A DNA stretch of 63,145 nucleotides, the filler included, from Octopus bimaculoides (lineage: Eukaryota): NCBI RefSeq assembly GCF_001194135.2. It is 4 parts of 4 records of this genome, joined end to end, with 100 filler letters (N's around TTAATTAATTAA, not from the genome) between each part and the next. Parts side by side here need not be neighbours in the genome. Positions count along the whole stretch, not along the records: positions 30,864 to 53,773 come from NC_068988.1; 3 more parts are not named here. One strand, 5' to 3'. A program made the translations under genes and the position numbers. Below, piece by piece: positions 37,576-50,632 of this stretch (positions within the stretch are counted from its first letter, which is position 1; every line of letters starts with the position of its first letter). The notes below the pieces were generated by a model. The model did not search any database. It was given only the letters and a program-made list of their open reading frames with translations, and had not been told where the DNA came from.

Positions 37576-38768
37576 ATAAATTGCATCGACTTTTTTAGTT
37601 TAAAACCTTAATTAATAACACAAATCCAGATTTTCAAGTCTCTTCCTTCCCTTCTTAGATTTAACTGCCCACTGTTAATAAAGCTGGGGCGTCATCCCCT
37701 AGCATGCATTCCTTTTGAGGCTAAACCCTTTTTCTACAGGTAATTGATAACACCACGAAGCCAAATTGTGTCCGCTTTCAAGAGATGTCGTTAATTTTTA
37801 CTTTTGACGTCGTCATGGAACAGTCAGATATCAGTTTACCTGGAAATAAACAATGCAGTTATTTATAAAATGTGTTGAAAGACTTCAGAACCCCAACATC
37901 ACACCTTCAGAGCCCCAGCATCACGCCTTCAGCGTCCGTTTATGAAGTTTTCAGTTAACTCTCGTGAATGGAAAGTTTATCGATCGTAGGAAACTTTAGC
38001 ATTCAAAGTATGTGTGATGATGGTCAGGGTTGAAAGAACAAGGCACAATTAAAATAAATACTGAAATAATGTCCGTACGCTAATTAAAATGGGAACGTGT
38101 TATATCGGGGGATATTATTGACATTTCCTTTCAACTGAAATCTTAATCATGTCTCCATTTCAACAGGATCTTATCTTCCTACTTTTTAACCTTGACCACA
38201 TCTCTTTTGACTTCATTAATTATAAATATTGTAGTGCAATATTATCAAAAATTAAACAATTTGCTAGTAATCAATGAAATGGTTCGATTAGTTTTTTGTT
38301 TTTTTTGTAAACATCGGTAGTTAGGGATGTACATTGATTGGAAAACTAATAGACTTGGTGATAAAGTGTTAATTTCCTTCTACACAAGAGAGAAAGCTGA
38401 AACAGCCTAAGATCACAAATTTAAGAACGTGTTAATGACAGTGAAATAACGAACGACTACTTAATGAGTTAGAGAAGAAGTAAATTCAAGTTGTTCACCA
38501 ATCTTAACTGGAGTTGGGAAAATCTGACGTTATCGTTGTAAGCACACGTCTCATTCGAAACCAGAGTAAAAGCAATACTTTTTGCAGTGTCCGAAATTTT
38601 ATCTTCAATTGTGAAAACCAGGATAAAATATTGTAAAAATAAGCCTGTTCATCGAACTGGAGAAAAGAAGAATTTTAAAACAGCAGAAGGTATTCATGCC
38701 AGTAAGACACCTCTGGTTGGTCGAATTTCAACTAAAAGTGAAGTTTACTAAGCAACTCTGTAACAGTC

Positions 38769-38781
38769 ATGAATCTTAAAG
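38769..38781 (+). CDS. Putative upstream mini coding exon of paralogue B (ATG AAT CTT AAA G | GTAAGT)
   Basis: Consensus donor AAG|GTAAGT. Splicing to the acceptor at 42000 gives MNLKGEE in frame with the ATG at 42009. Confidence 0.4.
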
Positions 38782-39699
38782 GTAAGTGAATTAATGATAT
38801 TAGGAATCAAAAGAGAGATAGATAATAACAACAATTGTTTCTATGGTTCTGTATTGAAAATACTATAATTGATCTGTGCTTTCATTACATTAAATTTACC
38901 ATTATCATTTCCTAATTTTGAAAAGAGTGGAACGGAAAACGACGGGTTCGTAGAAGTCATAGTTCCACTGATAAAATATATCTAATGTTCAATCACGTAC
39001 ACTTACATTCTCATTTCGTATCCCACGCAATTGTTTCGTCCGCGGCTTGTGTCTGAGATAGAACGCATAATTGTTATTTCTAGATAAAGAGCAGTCAATG
39101 AAGGAATCACTCAGTCAATTCCTCGAACTGAATGAAACTATTTAGTCTTTCTTCGACTTTCCTTTCGTATGTAACGAGATGATAATAAAAGCGCAAATAA
39201 TATACAGAAAGCTAGTCCATTCGATTATATACTTTTATTTTCGAAAATCGTGGTTCTGTACCTGTGTACGAAATCATCATTTCTAGTTAACGAATAATAT
39301 TTAAACCTACTCACCGAAATCCTTTATATCAACCATAACAATAATACAACGTTGTTGAAATATTAAATTTTGAAGGCAGGGAGCGGTTGAGGAAAGCGTT
39401 TCTTCTGAACAATGTAACACATTGTCTACATCTGGATATGAACTTATACAATCTTAGATATCTTTCATCTGGATATGAACTTATGCAATTCATTGTCTTA
39501 TGTTTCATTTTAAACCCTTCTTGTCAAATTTTCGCTTCTCTTTGTTTCTGCAAATATTTCATTCCAACTATAATTAGAAGTATATTATTTATCTATACCA
39601 CGACTGGAACCCAACATTATGGAAGGTCTTCACAAACACAAAGATATGCCACACATATATTTCATTGACTTAGCAGTGGCTTCAATATCCAGTCGTAGA

Positions 39700-41190
39700 G
39701 AATACGTAAGAAATGTTGAATGAACCCTAGCAAGTAATTTTTCTCGAAGAACGTATTATAATTTCACTGTTAATTTTGATTTTAATTTTAGGGTCTATGT
39801 GTTTTGTGGGTTCATTAGGGATTTCTGTTGTATCGGGTCCGAAGCGCGGTTGTAGTTTTTTCTCCCTGAAAAAGGGGTTGTGGCATGACGTCCCCAATTT
39901 CTATTTCTGGGTTTCAGGTTCCCTTGTGAGTGAGGTAACAGTTCATGTTGTCTCTATATATTTCGTTTTCCATAGTAGTTGCCTTCTACCATTCTTCTAC
40001 GTTTGTTGGGCCGTGTAGGATTGGTAGTCATATATCGTGGGTTTCTTGGGCTTTCATTATCATTTTTTATATTATAGTCTCTGTGTTATTTGTTCCTCAC
40101 TTGTCTTTCGTCCCATGTGTTCATCCCTCTAGGTCATCCAGTGTTATAGGTTAATGGTTGTGTTGTATTTGGCTTGTCTTTCTTATCATGTGTTCCTCCA
40201 TTTAGAATATTTGGTTGACGTTTGTTTATATTTTGTGCCTGCGTTCATCTTAGTATGAAGGTTTGGTATTGTAGAAAACAGATTTCTAATCTGGGCGTCT
40301 GGCCGTCCGATATTCCTGTTTCGATCCTCTGGATGTCGGTTTTCCTGTACTTTTTTGTTGTGGTGGTTTTGTCTTCATTATGGATTCTCCCCCATAGTTT
40401 TGCCATAGTGAACCACTCCTGTTGATTTTTCCCACATTCTTATAGATCTTTTTTTCTTCCCGTTTGGTGTCTTCTTTCCGTAGTTATTGCAGCTTTTCTT
40501 GATTTTGGATGACATTTCTCTGGGATATTTCGGCAAATATGATTGTATCAATTGTTGTGACTTTCTCTTCCTGCCGTGCTTTTCGTGATTGGAGAAAAGA
40601 TATTTCTGTCTCTTCGGCATGGAGCTAAGTTTGCACGTATCGTTGTTTCTTCCCACGCTTTGCCTTTTATTTCTTTAATAATGAATTTCCTATGGAGGAT
40701 TGGGTTCTCCTTTCGCCACCTCTGGTGTGTTTTAGGTATGTTGTTGCAACGAATGCTCTTCCAATAAGCAAGTTTGCGTTGAATCAAGAGCTCGTTCCAG
40801 AGTTTTGATTATAAACGTATTTGGTTTTATATGTAAATACCTGTTTCTTACCTGCTCGATCTGCTTTGGAGCAAAGGTGGTTCATTAGTAGAATTTGTAC
40901 TGCTTTGTCTTGTTATTTGAGTATTTTTAAGGAGGTTACTTTGTGCATGGATAACATTCATTGCTTTATCTATAGTGGTGAAAATTGTCTCCATTTTTTG
41001 AGAGAAGTAAGTTTAACTTACTGGATATTTCTGTGAGGTAAGCTTCTGAATTTTTGGTATCTCTCGATCGTGGGTTGGATTCTATACCATTCATTTTGAT
41101 GTTGGATATTTATGTGAGATCTTCTGAATTTCTGGTATCCCTCGGTTGTGGGTTTGGTTCTGTTCTATCCATTCTGATGTTGGTGGTGGT
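39700..41190 (-). mobile_element. Decayed long K/R/N-rich ORF remnant, probably the 5' part of a retroelement (Penelope-like?)
   Basis: Several overlapping minus-strand ORF pieces, with an 80-bp tandem duplication at its 41040-41180 end. No diagnostic catalytic motif. Confidence 0.35.
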
Positions 41191-41695
41191 GGTGGTGGTG
41201 GGTGGGGGGAGTATGTATGTATGTTTATATGTGTATGTTTATATATATAATTGCTGTGTAGAGATATAGTGAACTCAAAAAAAGTCAAGAACAACATCTG
41301 GTTTTTCAATTAAAACTTTCACCAGTTCTAATACGAAAATTCTTTATCCTTTCTCTTCTTTTTTCTCCCCCACATGAAAGAGCCATTAAGTACTAAGCAA
41401 ACGAGTCTGACTATACAAAAGCGACGCCACTTTATCTCCCACTCCTCTTCAAATATATCTTTTCCTTCTTTCTTGTCCCATGCTTGGCAAACCCCAGAAA
41501 ATTCATTATAAAAACGCCAAGAAATCTAAATTTGAATCAATTTTTGAAAAATCCGATAACGGAAGAAAGCGCTAAAAATGTAAATAAGATGTAAATAAAT
41601 TTTGAAAATATAAATGTAATCATCTAACATTCTGACTACCTCATTATTCTAAATATACAATATCAATACATCACTTCAAAACTCACTATATACGC

Positions 41696-41735
<40 letters not shown>

Positions 41736-42008
41736 GAAGAGCCATTTTAACGATGCGTCTTGTCCAAACTCTTTGAAACGCCAGTGTTAGAATGTTGACA
41801 GCTGATGAAGGAAATGTTCTCTATGTGGCCTGTGTGTTTTCTGTACTTTGCTTATTATTTTGTCTACGTTTTGTTTGCAACGTTCTGTACCCAGATATGC
41901 ATCTATATATACAGGTAGATGTAGGTATGTACTTACATGTACGTATATATGCATATACTCATTTATTATTTGTATATATATATATTTGTATATTTTTCAG
42001 GAGAGGAA

Positions 42009-42330
42009 ATGTCAAATCAAAACCATATGATTTTCAGTCGTCTGCAAGTTTTCACAATTATTTTGCTCGTGATCTTTACAACTAGTCAGCCAAACAATGA
42101 CGGACAACTTTTTAGGAAAACGTCCACGTCAAGATGCTGGAAATTTCCAGTAGTAGAAAGAGAATATACCTCATCCGTCACGGAATGCTCATTACGGTGT
42201 CTGTTGAATGACAAGTGTGGTTATTTTAGCTATTGTAATGGACCGTGCAAAATGCATGAATTGTTGTACAGCGATGGACTTGTGGAAACTGAATGCAATT
42301 GTTCATCTTTCATCAGGTTCTCTGGAAACA
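42009..42330 (+). CDS. PAN-family paralogue B, exon 1: signal peptide plus PAN/apple-type domain (MSNQNHMIFSRLQVFTIILLVIFTTSQ...CWK...ECSLRCLLNDKCGYFSYCNGPCKMH...ECNCSSFIRFSGN)
   Basis: Acceptor ttttcag at 42000, hydrophobic N-terminus, C-x3-C-x5-C PAN-like spacing with 8 Cys, and a GTGAGT donor (phase 1). Confidence 0.88.
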
Positions 42331-43291
42331 GTGAGTAAAATCAGGTTTTCTTTTGTGTACGTATGTGTGTGTGCTTTTTTTGTGTCTGTGTGTCTGTTTA
42401 ACTCTGTTTTCGATCATATTACATTAATATTACTAAATCAGTTCTTTTATATCTCCATGCCTTCCCTGATTTATTCTCTAAACTGTTCTAGTTCTCTACA
42501 TCTATCAGATTACATCTTTTACACAAACTTAATGGTTCTCTCGTTATAGTTTAGACAAGTGCATAAAACGGTCGTAAAATTATCGTAACTTGTCAGGAAT
42601 TAATTTCCCTTTCTCACAAAATAATTAAGATTACATCATTTAAAGACTAATATCACAACCGAATCATTTTATAATTTTTTTTTTCATGCAGATGGCGTCG
42701 ATAAGAATTATTTTCATTTTTTTTTTCATTTTAAGCAACGACTTATATCGTCATTATCTTTATCAGTTAGTCTTTATTCATAATTCTTTCAATAAAATAT
42801 TTTATCGATTTATTGTCAGAGAAATAGACCTACTGTGGTCGCTCGACCAGCTTGAAATATAAAACAATTCTCCTTGAAATTACATCCTATCATTTTGAAA
42901 AGAATGGTAAACACTGGATTATTTTGTTCAAGATACGAAATTTATAACATATGGACGGGGGGGGGGGGGCCTGGCTAGAACAACTTTTCTTATAAGTTTT
43001 CTCAATCAGCGTTGAGGTGGTGCTAAATAGCAACAACAACTACGTTCTCGTATTTCATTTGAATATCAAATTCTGAAATTAGTGAAATAGAAACTAAAAA
43101 ATCAAAAATATTAAAATGAATCTTGGGAAAATTTTATATCGAATATAAAAATAAAGATTCCTAAATGAAAGCAATAGTTTCACTCTATTGTATAACAAAT
43201 TAACATATTTCTTTCAAAATCTTAATGAAATTTCTTAAAGAGTTTGTCCATTCCTTTACATTTAAATCATTTCTATTCATGACTCATGCAG

Positions 43292-43383
43292 GTTCGGGCT
43301 GGCAGAAAATATTCGTGTTCAACAAAACGGCTATTAAAAAGAGTCCTATTTATAAACACTGGAACATTTTGCCTATTGAAAAG
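43292..43383 (+). CDS. PAN-family paralogue B, exon 2 (92 nt, phase 1/0): (S)SGWQKIFVFNKTAIKKSPIYKHWNILPIEK
   Basis: catgcag acceptor and AAG|GTAATA donor. Bridges exon 1 to exon 3 in frame. Confidence 0.87.
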
Positions 43384-43646
43384 GTAATACATTTTCAAAA
43401 TTTCAAAACGATTATCATTTAATAAACCGTCTTCATAGCTGTCAGTTATGTCTTGGCTGTTATTATTTTATATTTTCCTCTCGATATTGCCATTGTATAT
43501 CTAATTTAATTTCTTGATATTGTTGACGCTGTTGCTGTTTGAACCATGCGGGCTCAGTTTTAGCTCCTTCAAGTCCCATATTCCTTGCTTCGGTATTCAT
43601 ACGCAGATACAAAAACAGTCACACTAACGTATACATACACACATAC

Positions 43647-43705
<59 letters not shown>

Positions 43706-44650
43706 CATGCATGCACACACATTTGTACATATACGCACGCGCGTACAAGCTGACACAGAAATAAACACGCCCACAAATATTCTTATTTGGTTATTTCTTT
43801 TAGCAAGAAAGCTCAAAGATAGCTAACTGTAAATGCTTAGCAACTAAAAAGTTCACCCAAAGAAAGAAACTCTACGCAATCGTTTGGTTTCATGGAAATA
43901 TCAGATAAGTCTACTACAAATCAGAAAATATCTAATCTTGAGTACTGTTTCCTGAGAAGCAGCATCTTGAGAAAGTTCAAGTTTGGAACTTCTCGTTGTA
44001 AAAGTCTCAGAGATATAAAGCCGCTCTGAAGGCAATTCTTTGAGAATAGAAAAAGCTGTACTATAGGACACTGAGGAGGGAGAGAGTGAGGGAGAGGGAG
44101 GGAGAAAGAGAGACCTAAGGTGGAGTAGAATGGATTGTTCGTTACTGATTCCATTGTTTTTGAGATCTTGCAGTGTAAGGACGTTTTGGGGGAATCTGGT
44201 TCAAAGAAACTCCCCTTCTTGGGAATCGGAGACGCCATCGCAGTTTTTACAGATGAGAACAACTCATTTGCTTTGGTAAATACTGGTGATTTTGATAAAC
44301 AGTTACTCCTAAATCAATATGTATTAGTTTGTCATCCACTTCAATCTTCCATAAGGTACACAAAAATGCATGCATATATTTCCCTAGAATTCTGTCTTTC
44401 TAAACGGACCCCACCCATTTTTCTTGTCATTACTTTCTTACAATCATCTTTCTTCATTTCCTCTCGTTCGCTCTCCATTTCTCGCTCTCCATTTCTCGCT
44501 CTCAATCTCACCGTCCCTCTCTCTGTCTTCCAACTTTTTCTCTCCATCTTTCTTTCGTCTTCCTGCTTTCTCATTTAATCTCACGCTCGCCTCCTTTCTC
44601 TTTCACTCTGTCAGATTTTTCGTTGATCTTTCTTCACCTTTTATTTTCAG

Positions 44651-44802
44651 GTGAAACTGATTTTGAGAAATAATAATACGGAGGTTCAATCATTAACATT
44701 TGATGGAAGAGGAACAACTTACACATCCTGGTTTGATCCTAGTAAACTCATTACAACACCATGGTTTGGAAACACATCAGTAACATACAGCTTCAAAGAA
44801 AA
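44651..44802 (+). CDS. PAN-family paralogue B, exon 3 (152 nt, phase 0/2): VKLILRNNNTEVQSLTFDGRGTTYTSWFDPSKLITTPWFGNTSVTYSFKE(N)
   Basis: ttttcag acceptor and GT donor. FDGRGTT..SWF...L..TPW motif shared with A. Confidence 0.87.
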
Positions 44803-45902
44803 GTATATATTAATTCCTTGTTCTTTATTAGCACCAATACTTGTTCTAAGTTAGTAATTACGATTTCTCCCATAGGCAAGCAGGTATACATTTCGGGAAA
44901 ATGGTACAGTTAAATGCATCGATTTCAGAAAATGACTAGTGTTCTTTTATCGATCCTGGAAAATAAATGAGAAGCATGAACGTTACAGGATTCGAACTCA
45001 AAACATTAAGGAACAAATGTAACTTCAACTTGGCTCATCGTTTGCAACCTTACCGATTCTACTTTTAATCCTTTTAAATGATGATGGTGATGACGATGAT
45101 GATGAAGATAATGATGACGACGATGATGATGATCTTTTAATTGTTAGTCACAGGTAATCACAAATACACAAGTGGTCATTTCCTCTGTGGACTTCTCCAT
45201 AAATAATTCACTAAATCCATAATTCGGGCAACTAATTGTAGTCTTTGTGTGGCGCTGAGAATGACTGAGTCTTCACTAGTTTAAACGAACACGTCTCAAA
45301 TTTATGGTTTGTGCAGGCAACCAATTCAAAATGTGGGCATCCTACCTTATGCTTAGCAGCTGGCCTAACAAATATTTTATCCAGATACGATTTGGACGGC
45401 CCATTATACTTGCTTCTCGTCTACTCAGGAACATCAGAGAAATATAGTTGTTATCTTCCACCTTTGAGCTAGTCCCACGCATTCCAGCCATGTTCCTAAA
45501 ATGCATTTCCATTCACCCACTAGTTGCAGAGATTCAAGAACGTCACTAGGAAAGCTTAAAGACGTCTGAAAAAGAAATCCAGTCATATTGTCACTGTCGG
45601 GCATAGGTGACAACTTATCTGTAATCACCAACCCTGATACTGCTCAACTCCAGGTACACCGACTTACTGACTGGATCCAGGATAATGGACCGTGCCTTGA
45701 AATTTAAAGAATAATACTGTCATCCAACTGTTGGATCTCAACAGAACACGAGATAAAAATGTCTCATAGTCATCGACGATAATGAATCCTAGTTTGGCCG
45801 ATCGCTAATCCCATCTGCATCGAGGAACCTAAGATTATTCAGTAAGTGACCTTGCCTCCAAATTGACATGGTAAATAATGGAAACAAAATTGAATGAACA
45901 GA

Positions 45903-45920
45903 ATGATGATGATGATGATG

Positions 45921-45996
<76 letters not shown>

Positions 45997-46012
45997 CAAT
46001 AATAATAATAAT
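45903..46012. repeat. (GAT)n(AAT)n microsatellite (another (AAT)n at 46203-46288)
   Basis: Direct reading. Confidence 0.95.
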
Positions 46013-46223
46013 GATATATCTATGTAAAATACTGTCTATGTGATCTCAAATTTTAAAACATTCTCTAGAACAACACTGTTCAAATTCAAATATATGGTAC
46101 CCTAGGCATAACACCTACATGAACTTCTAACTTGTTGTCTCTTGAGGTCTCTGGGTGAGACTTGGATCCAACTTGTACAAATGCAAAGCAAAAGTCAAAC
46201 ATAAAATAATAATGATAATAATA

Positions 46224-46289
<66 letters not shown>

Positions 46290-47145
46290 GATCTTTTTGC
46301 AATAGACACAAGGCCTGGATTTTGTGGGAGGGGACTAGTCGATTACATAGATCTCAGGACTCAACTGGTACTTAATTTATCGACCCCGAAAGGATGAAAG
46401 GCAAAAACGACCTCAGTGGAATTTTATCTCAGAACATAGCGACGGACGAAATACCGCTAAGCATATCGTCCTGAATACTAACGATTCTTCAAGCCTGCAC
46501 CCATTATGAGATGGACACAAACGGAGTTTGACCAACAAGGGATGCCGATGGCAATGCATTATATCTTCTACCCTAAGGCGACTGTATACAGGTTGTACAT
46601 GTAGAGTAAGATTGGACGTGGCTCGATAAGTGTACAGGAATCAGCAACAGAGAAAGAAGAAACTTGACAGAGTACTTGGCAAACAGTAATCAAGGCCCGC
46701 TACAGTATGCTGTAAATGCAGAAAGATTTGCCAACAATGAATTAAATCAAAAGAGGAATGATGTAATATTATATTCTCTACAACAATTTAGAACACAGAG
46801 AATTCATCGTCATATAATAATAAAATCTTATTAAGATAGCACTCTATCATAATTGGTCAATGTAGTCCTAGTTGAACTGTGTTGTGAAAAGAAATATGAT
46901 GTGATGGTCGTGGCTGAAATAGCTTTTGATTATAGATCTGCATGATGAGAGATGAACTGAAGCTAAATACGAGCAAGATCTGATTTCCTTAAATTACAAT
47001 TATTAAACGGTGACGACACATTCACTAATTTCAGTGATAAAAAGATTAACTCAGTGATTTCATTAAGCAGAATTGATTGTATTAAAAACAAAAATCATAA
47101 AATATTCCCTTATTCAGTTCATCAGTTGTAATTTATCACTTTCAG

Positions 47146-47252
47146 TTTTCAGAGGATTCACATCAAGGTATCTGGTACCTCATGGTATGCGATGAGAGCA
47201 CAAAAGCTAAATGTTACATATTACGAAATTGTTTACAGACAGAATGCTACTT
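47146..47252 (+). CDS. PAN-family paralogue B, exon 4 (107 nt, phase 2/1): FQRIHIKVSGTSWYAMRAQKLNVTYYEIVYRQNAT
   Basis: ctttcag and GTAAGT splice sites. Open in the required phase. The nearby alternative AG at 47152 would give a stop. Confidence 0.85.
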
Positions 47253-47321
47253 GTAAGTAACGTATTTCTTCTCTTATGAATTGTGAAGTTAGAGTGAGTT
47301 TATTTTTTACTTATTTATGTT

Positions 47322-47730
47322 GTGGAGGCGCAATGGCACACTGGTTAGGGCACAGGACTCGCGGTCATAAGATCGTGGTTTCGATTTTCAGACCGGGCGT
47401 TGTGAGTGTTTATTGAGCGCAAACACTTAAAGCTCCACGAGGCTCCGGCAGGAGATGGTGGCGAACCCTGCTGTACTCTTTCACCACAACTTTCTCTCAC
47501 TCTTACTTCCTGTTTCTGTTGTGCCTGTAATTCAAAGGGTCAGCCTTGTCACACTGTGTCACGCTGAATATCTCCGAGAACTACGTTAAGGGTACACGTG
47601 TCTGTGGAGTACTCAGCCACTTGCACGTTAATTTTACGAGCAGGTTGTTCCGTTGATCGGATCAACTGGAACCCTCGACGTCGTAAGCGACGGATTGCCA
47701 ACAACAACAATAACATTTTTTATTTATTTA
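47322..47730 (+). mobile_element. Full-length tRNA-derived SINE with (AAC)n tail and an approximately 16-bp TSD, present only in copy B
   Basis: Head ggcgcaatggcacactggttaggg...ggtttcgatt. Flanks ttttttacttatttatgt / tttttatttatttatgt. Empty site in copy A at about 34710-34735. Confidence 0.85.
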
Positions 47731-48029
47731 TGTATATATTTTTGTTTGAAGATCTACCTTTTCTGGAGTTTTCCTTTGACATTTACTAACATAGCCAACT
47801 GCATGAAGGATTATTGCTATAAACGTCTCTGTAATCAGGACAGAGGATCAAATGGTTCCCCAGTTGTTGTCCACAGATAATCTTATTCTTGTTGATTATG
47901 GAAGACATTCACATCTGCAGGGCAGGTAACCTATATCATTGTACATGAGGTTTTAATTATGCTCCAACTAATCATGCCAGATCTATTACTTTTGCTCTTG
48001 GCGGAAGATTTGATTGGAATGTTTAACCA

Positions 48030-48330
48030 ATAAAAACTGGTACTCCGTCGGTTACGAAGACGAGTGTTCCAGTTGATACGATCAGGAGAACAGCGAGCAC
48101 GTGAAATTAACGTGCAAGAGGCTGATCACTCCACGGACACGTGCACCCTTAACATAGTTCTCAGAAGAGTCTGCTTGACTCACAAATTGACAAGGCTGAC
48201 CGTTTGAAATACAAGTACTACTCATTCGTGTAAACTGAGTGAACATCAGCAATGTGAAATAGAGTGTCTCGATCAAGAACACAATGCACCGATTGCCAAC
48301 GATTACCCGTGTGAATGGGCCTACTCTGAA
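48030..48330 (-). mobile_element. Second, older copy of a related SINE in inverted orientation
   Basis: Reverse complement matches 47525-47700. Confidence 0.7.
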
Positions 48331-48544
48331 CATGCATTTGTAAGTTGGCATTTTCCATGATGCACCTGTAAAGCAAGATGACACGGAACTCGATGGCGTC
48401 TAAAACCACTTCGGAATTTCGTTGTTTTAAATCTTTTTCCGTTTACACGTATTCCATATAAACAACCCGCTGACTTGTGTATTCTGTCGTTCCTATATTT
48501 TTTCTGCGACACTTGTAGCAGATAAAGAAAGAATTATCATTATC

Positions 48545-50255
48545 ATTATTTCCTTTTTTCACACTTTTTGTTGGAACTCTTTGAGTCTTGCATGCGTAGC
48601 GTGCTTGCTGTCTGCATCTTACCGTACTATGCTATCCGTTTTTTTTTTCAACTATCTAATACTTTCCTGCTTATTCTGGCCGTGCCAAGGAGGCAAACCT
48701 TTTGCAACAGTTCTACTGGGCACTCTATTCCAATTTCTTTCATATTCTTCTTGATGACTTCTGATGCTGTTTCCAAGCAGCCAACAATAATTGGCACTAT
48801 ATTCAACTTCTTCATTTTCAATAGCCGGGCTATTTCGTACTTAAGAGGGGTGTTATCTCTCTATTTCTTCACCTTCTTTCTTTTCTGTTCGTAGTCAAAG
48901 GGGCATGCAACATCAACTATAACACACGTTGTGCATCTTTTCGCCCACCACTGGGTCCGGTCTGTTATGCTCTAACACCTGATCTGTTTGGATTGAGAAA
49001 TCCTAGAGGATTTTGCTAGTCTCCGACTCCACCGCTCATTGCAGTTTGTGCAGATAACAGGTTTGCCTCTCTCTAGTCTCCACTTTTCGGACAGATTCCT
49101 TTGTAGCACTTTCGTTACCTCATCGTATCGCCACAACTTGTAATTGTTTTGGGCAAGTCCAGGCCATTCGTTCAAGATATGAGCAATGGTTTCACCCACT
49201 CTATTAAGCAAGTACTTACGCTGCCAGTTTAGTGCTCTAGGTCTCTTTTTTAGTGCTTCTTTTTTCAACCAATCCCACCTATTTTTTTCCAGCAACTTTT
49301 GTTATGGCTACATGGAATTGATTTTCTAGTTCCTTGATGTGACATTCTTCTTCATGCACTTTTTGTACTTTTTCCCTTGTTTTTCATTTTTTTTCTCTAC
49401 TCGATCTATTCTCTACTTTCAATACTATTCTATTTTCAGTAGTTCTCAATTCCATCCTTTCCGCCACAATCCTAGTAGCAGCCTTGATAAGGTTATTTGT
49501 TTGTGTCAAGTTCTTTGTTTCAATGTGTCTCAGTATAATATTGACTTTATTCGTCTCTTGATTTAGTCTCCATTGGTTAGCTTTCTTAAAGTTGCACATA
49601 AATTCGGTTCCTTCTGTATTTAGTAGATCCACAATTCTGTCTTTTATTAATAGACCTTCATTATTTGAGTAGTCACTAATCTCAATTCTTTCACAGTTCA
49701 CGGTATTATATTCTAGTGAACAATTGTCCATCTCTTCCACTGTACCACTTTCGTATCTCGCATGCTCAGCATTACACAACAACCTTCTTTTAATAGCTTC
49801 TATTTCCAATTCTGTTAACTATCCATTCTTTGGTATTGCTCTTGCTTGGTCACATAATTTCATTTCAGTAATTTCGAAAGTTCCATTGCTGTCCATTCAC
49901 AGTGCATTTGTTTTCTGTACCCTCTCACAGGCACTGGGGTGCTCCAGTAGTGACACTCGATAACCATCATTTTTACTTGTTTACTCCATTTATGTCTTGT
50001 AGCATAGCTAGCAGCTGCCGGGTCATGACCGGGTCGATCCTGCTGCACAGTAGGGCACTTGCCGGGTTGCGGACCTTCACCATTGGTTCCAGTCCCGTTC
50101 ACACTGTATTCGACATTTATTTTGCTTGGCATTTTCAATCACAAATGAGGGGTGTTTTTAGGTTTCTACCGGCTGGCATTTTTACCGAAACACCTTCTCT
50201 ATCAAAGTAGTCCGACAGGTCGGCTGGGCAATTGCTCCCCTGGTTTTCAAACCAT
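48545..50255 (-). mobile_element. Internally deleted R4/Dong-like retrotransposon in intron 4 of copy B
   Basis: N-terminal KWSKQVKMMVIECHY...GYRKQM and C-terminal IVPIIVGCL...IGIECPVELLQKVCLLGTARI.RKVLDS*. Flanked by attatc repeats and absent from copy A. Confidence 0.8.
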
Positions 50256-50429
50256 TATCCTTATCGCTGTACTTACTGTTGCTGATGCTGTTGCTGCTGC
50301 TGCTACTGCTGTTGCTGTTAGTTTTATTATTTCATTAGTATTAGTATTATTTTATTCCATGGTGCTTTCTCAACATTAATATATTCAAGGCCATGTGTAG
50401 ATATATATATGTATGTATGATTGACCGTT

Positions 50430-50632
50430 GACTGAACACTATTCAATTTTTTTTCTCCGTGTTTTTCTCCTTGTCTCCGTATTCTTTCTGTTGAAGAGCG
50501 TAGCTTGAAACGTCAAAGACTTTCCGTATTCCCGAGCGTCATACTAATATATACTTTTGTTATTTACACCACCTGTCCTCGTCTGTTGTTATTTTTTGTA
50601 TATTCTCCCATATATATATATATATATATATN
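50430..50632 (+). mobile_element. Penelope-type terminal repeat with a minimal hammerhead-like motif, followed by (TA)n
   Basis: Shares the sequence at 2960-3030 next to the GIY-YIG remnant. TCTTT-CTGTTGA-A-GAGC gta GCTT-GAAA-CGTC-AAAGA. Confidence 0.65.

Noticed and set aside
47326-47400. tRNA-like sequence considered as a tRNA gene
   Set aside because: It is the head of a SINE with body, tail and TSD, and has no complete cloverleaf
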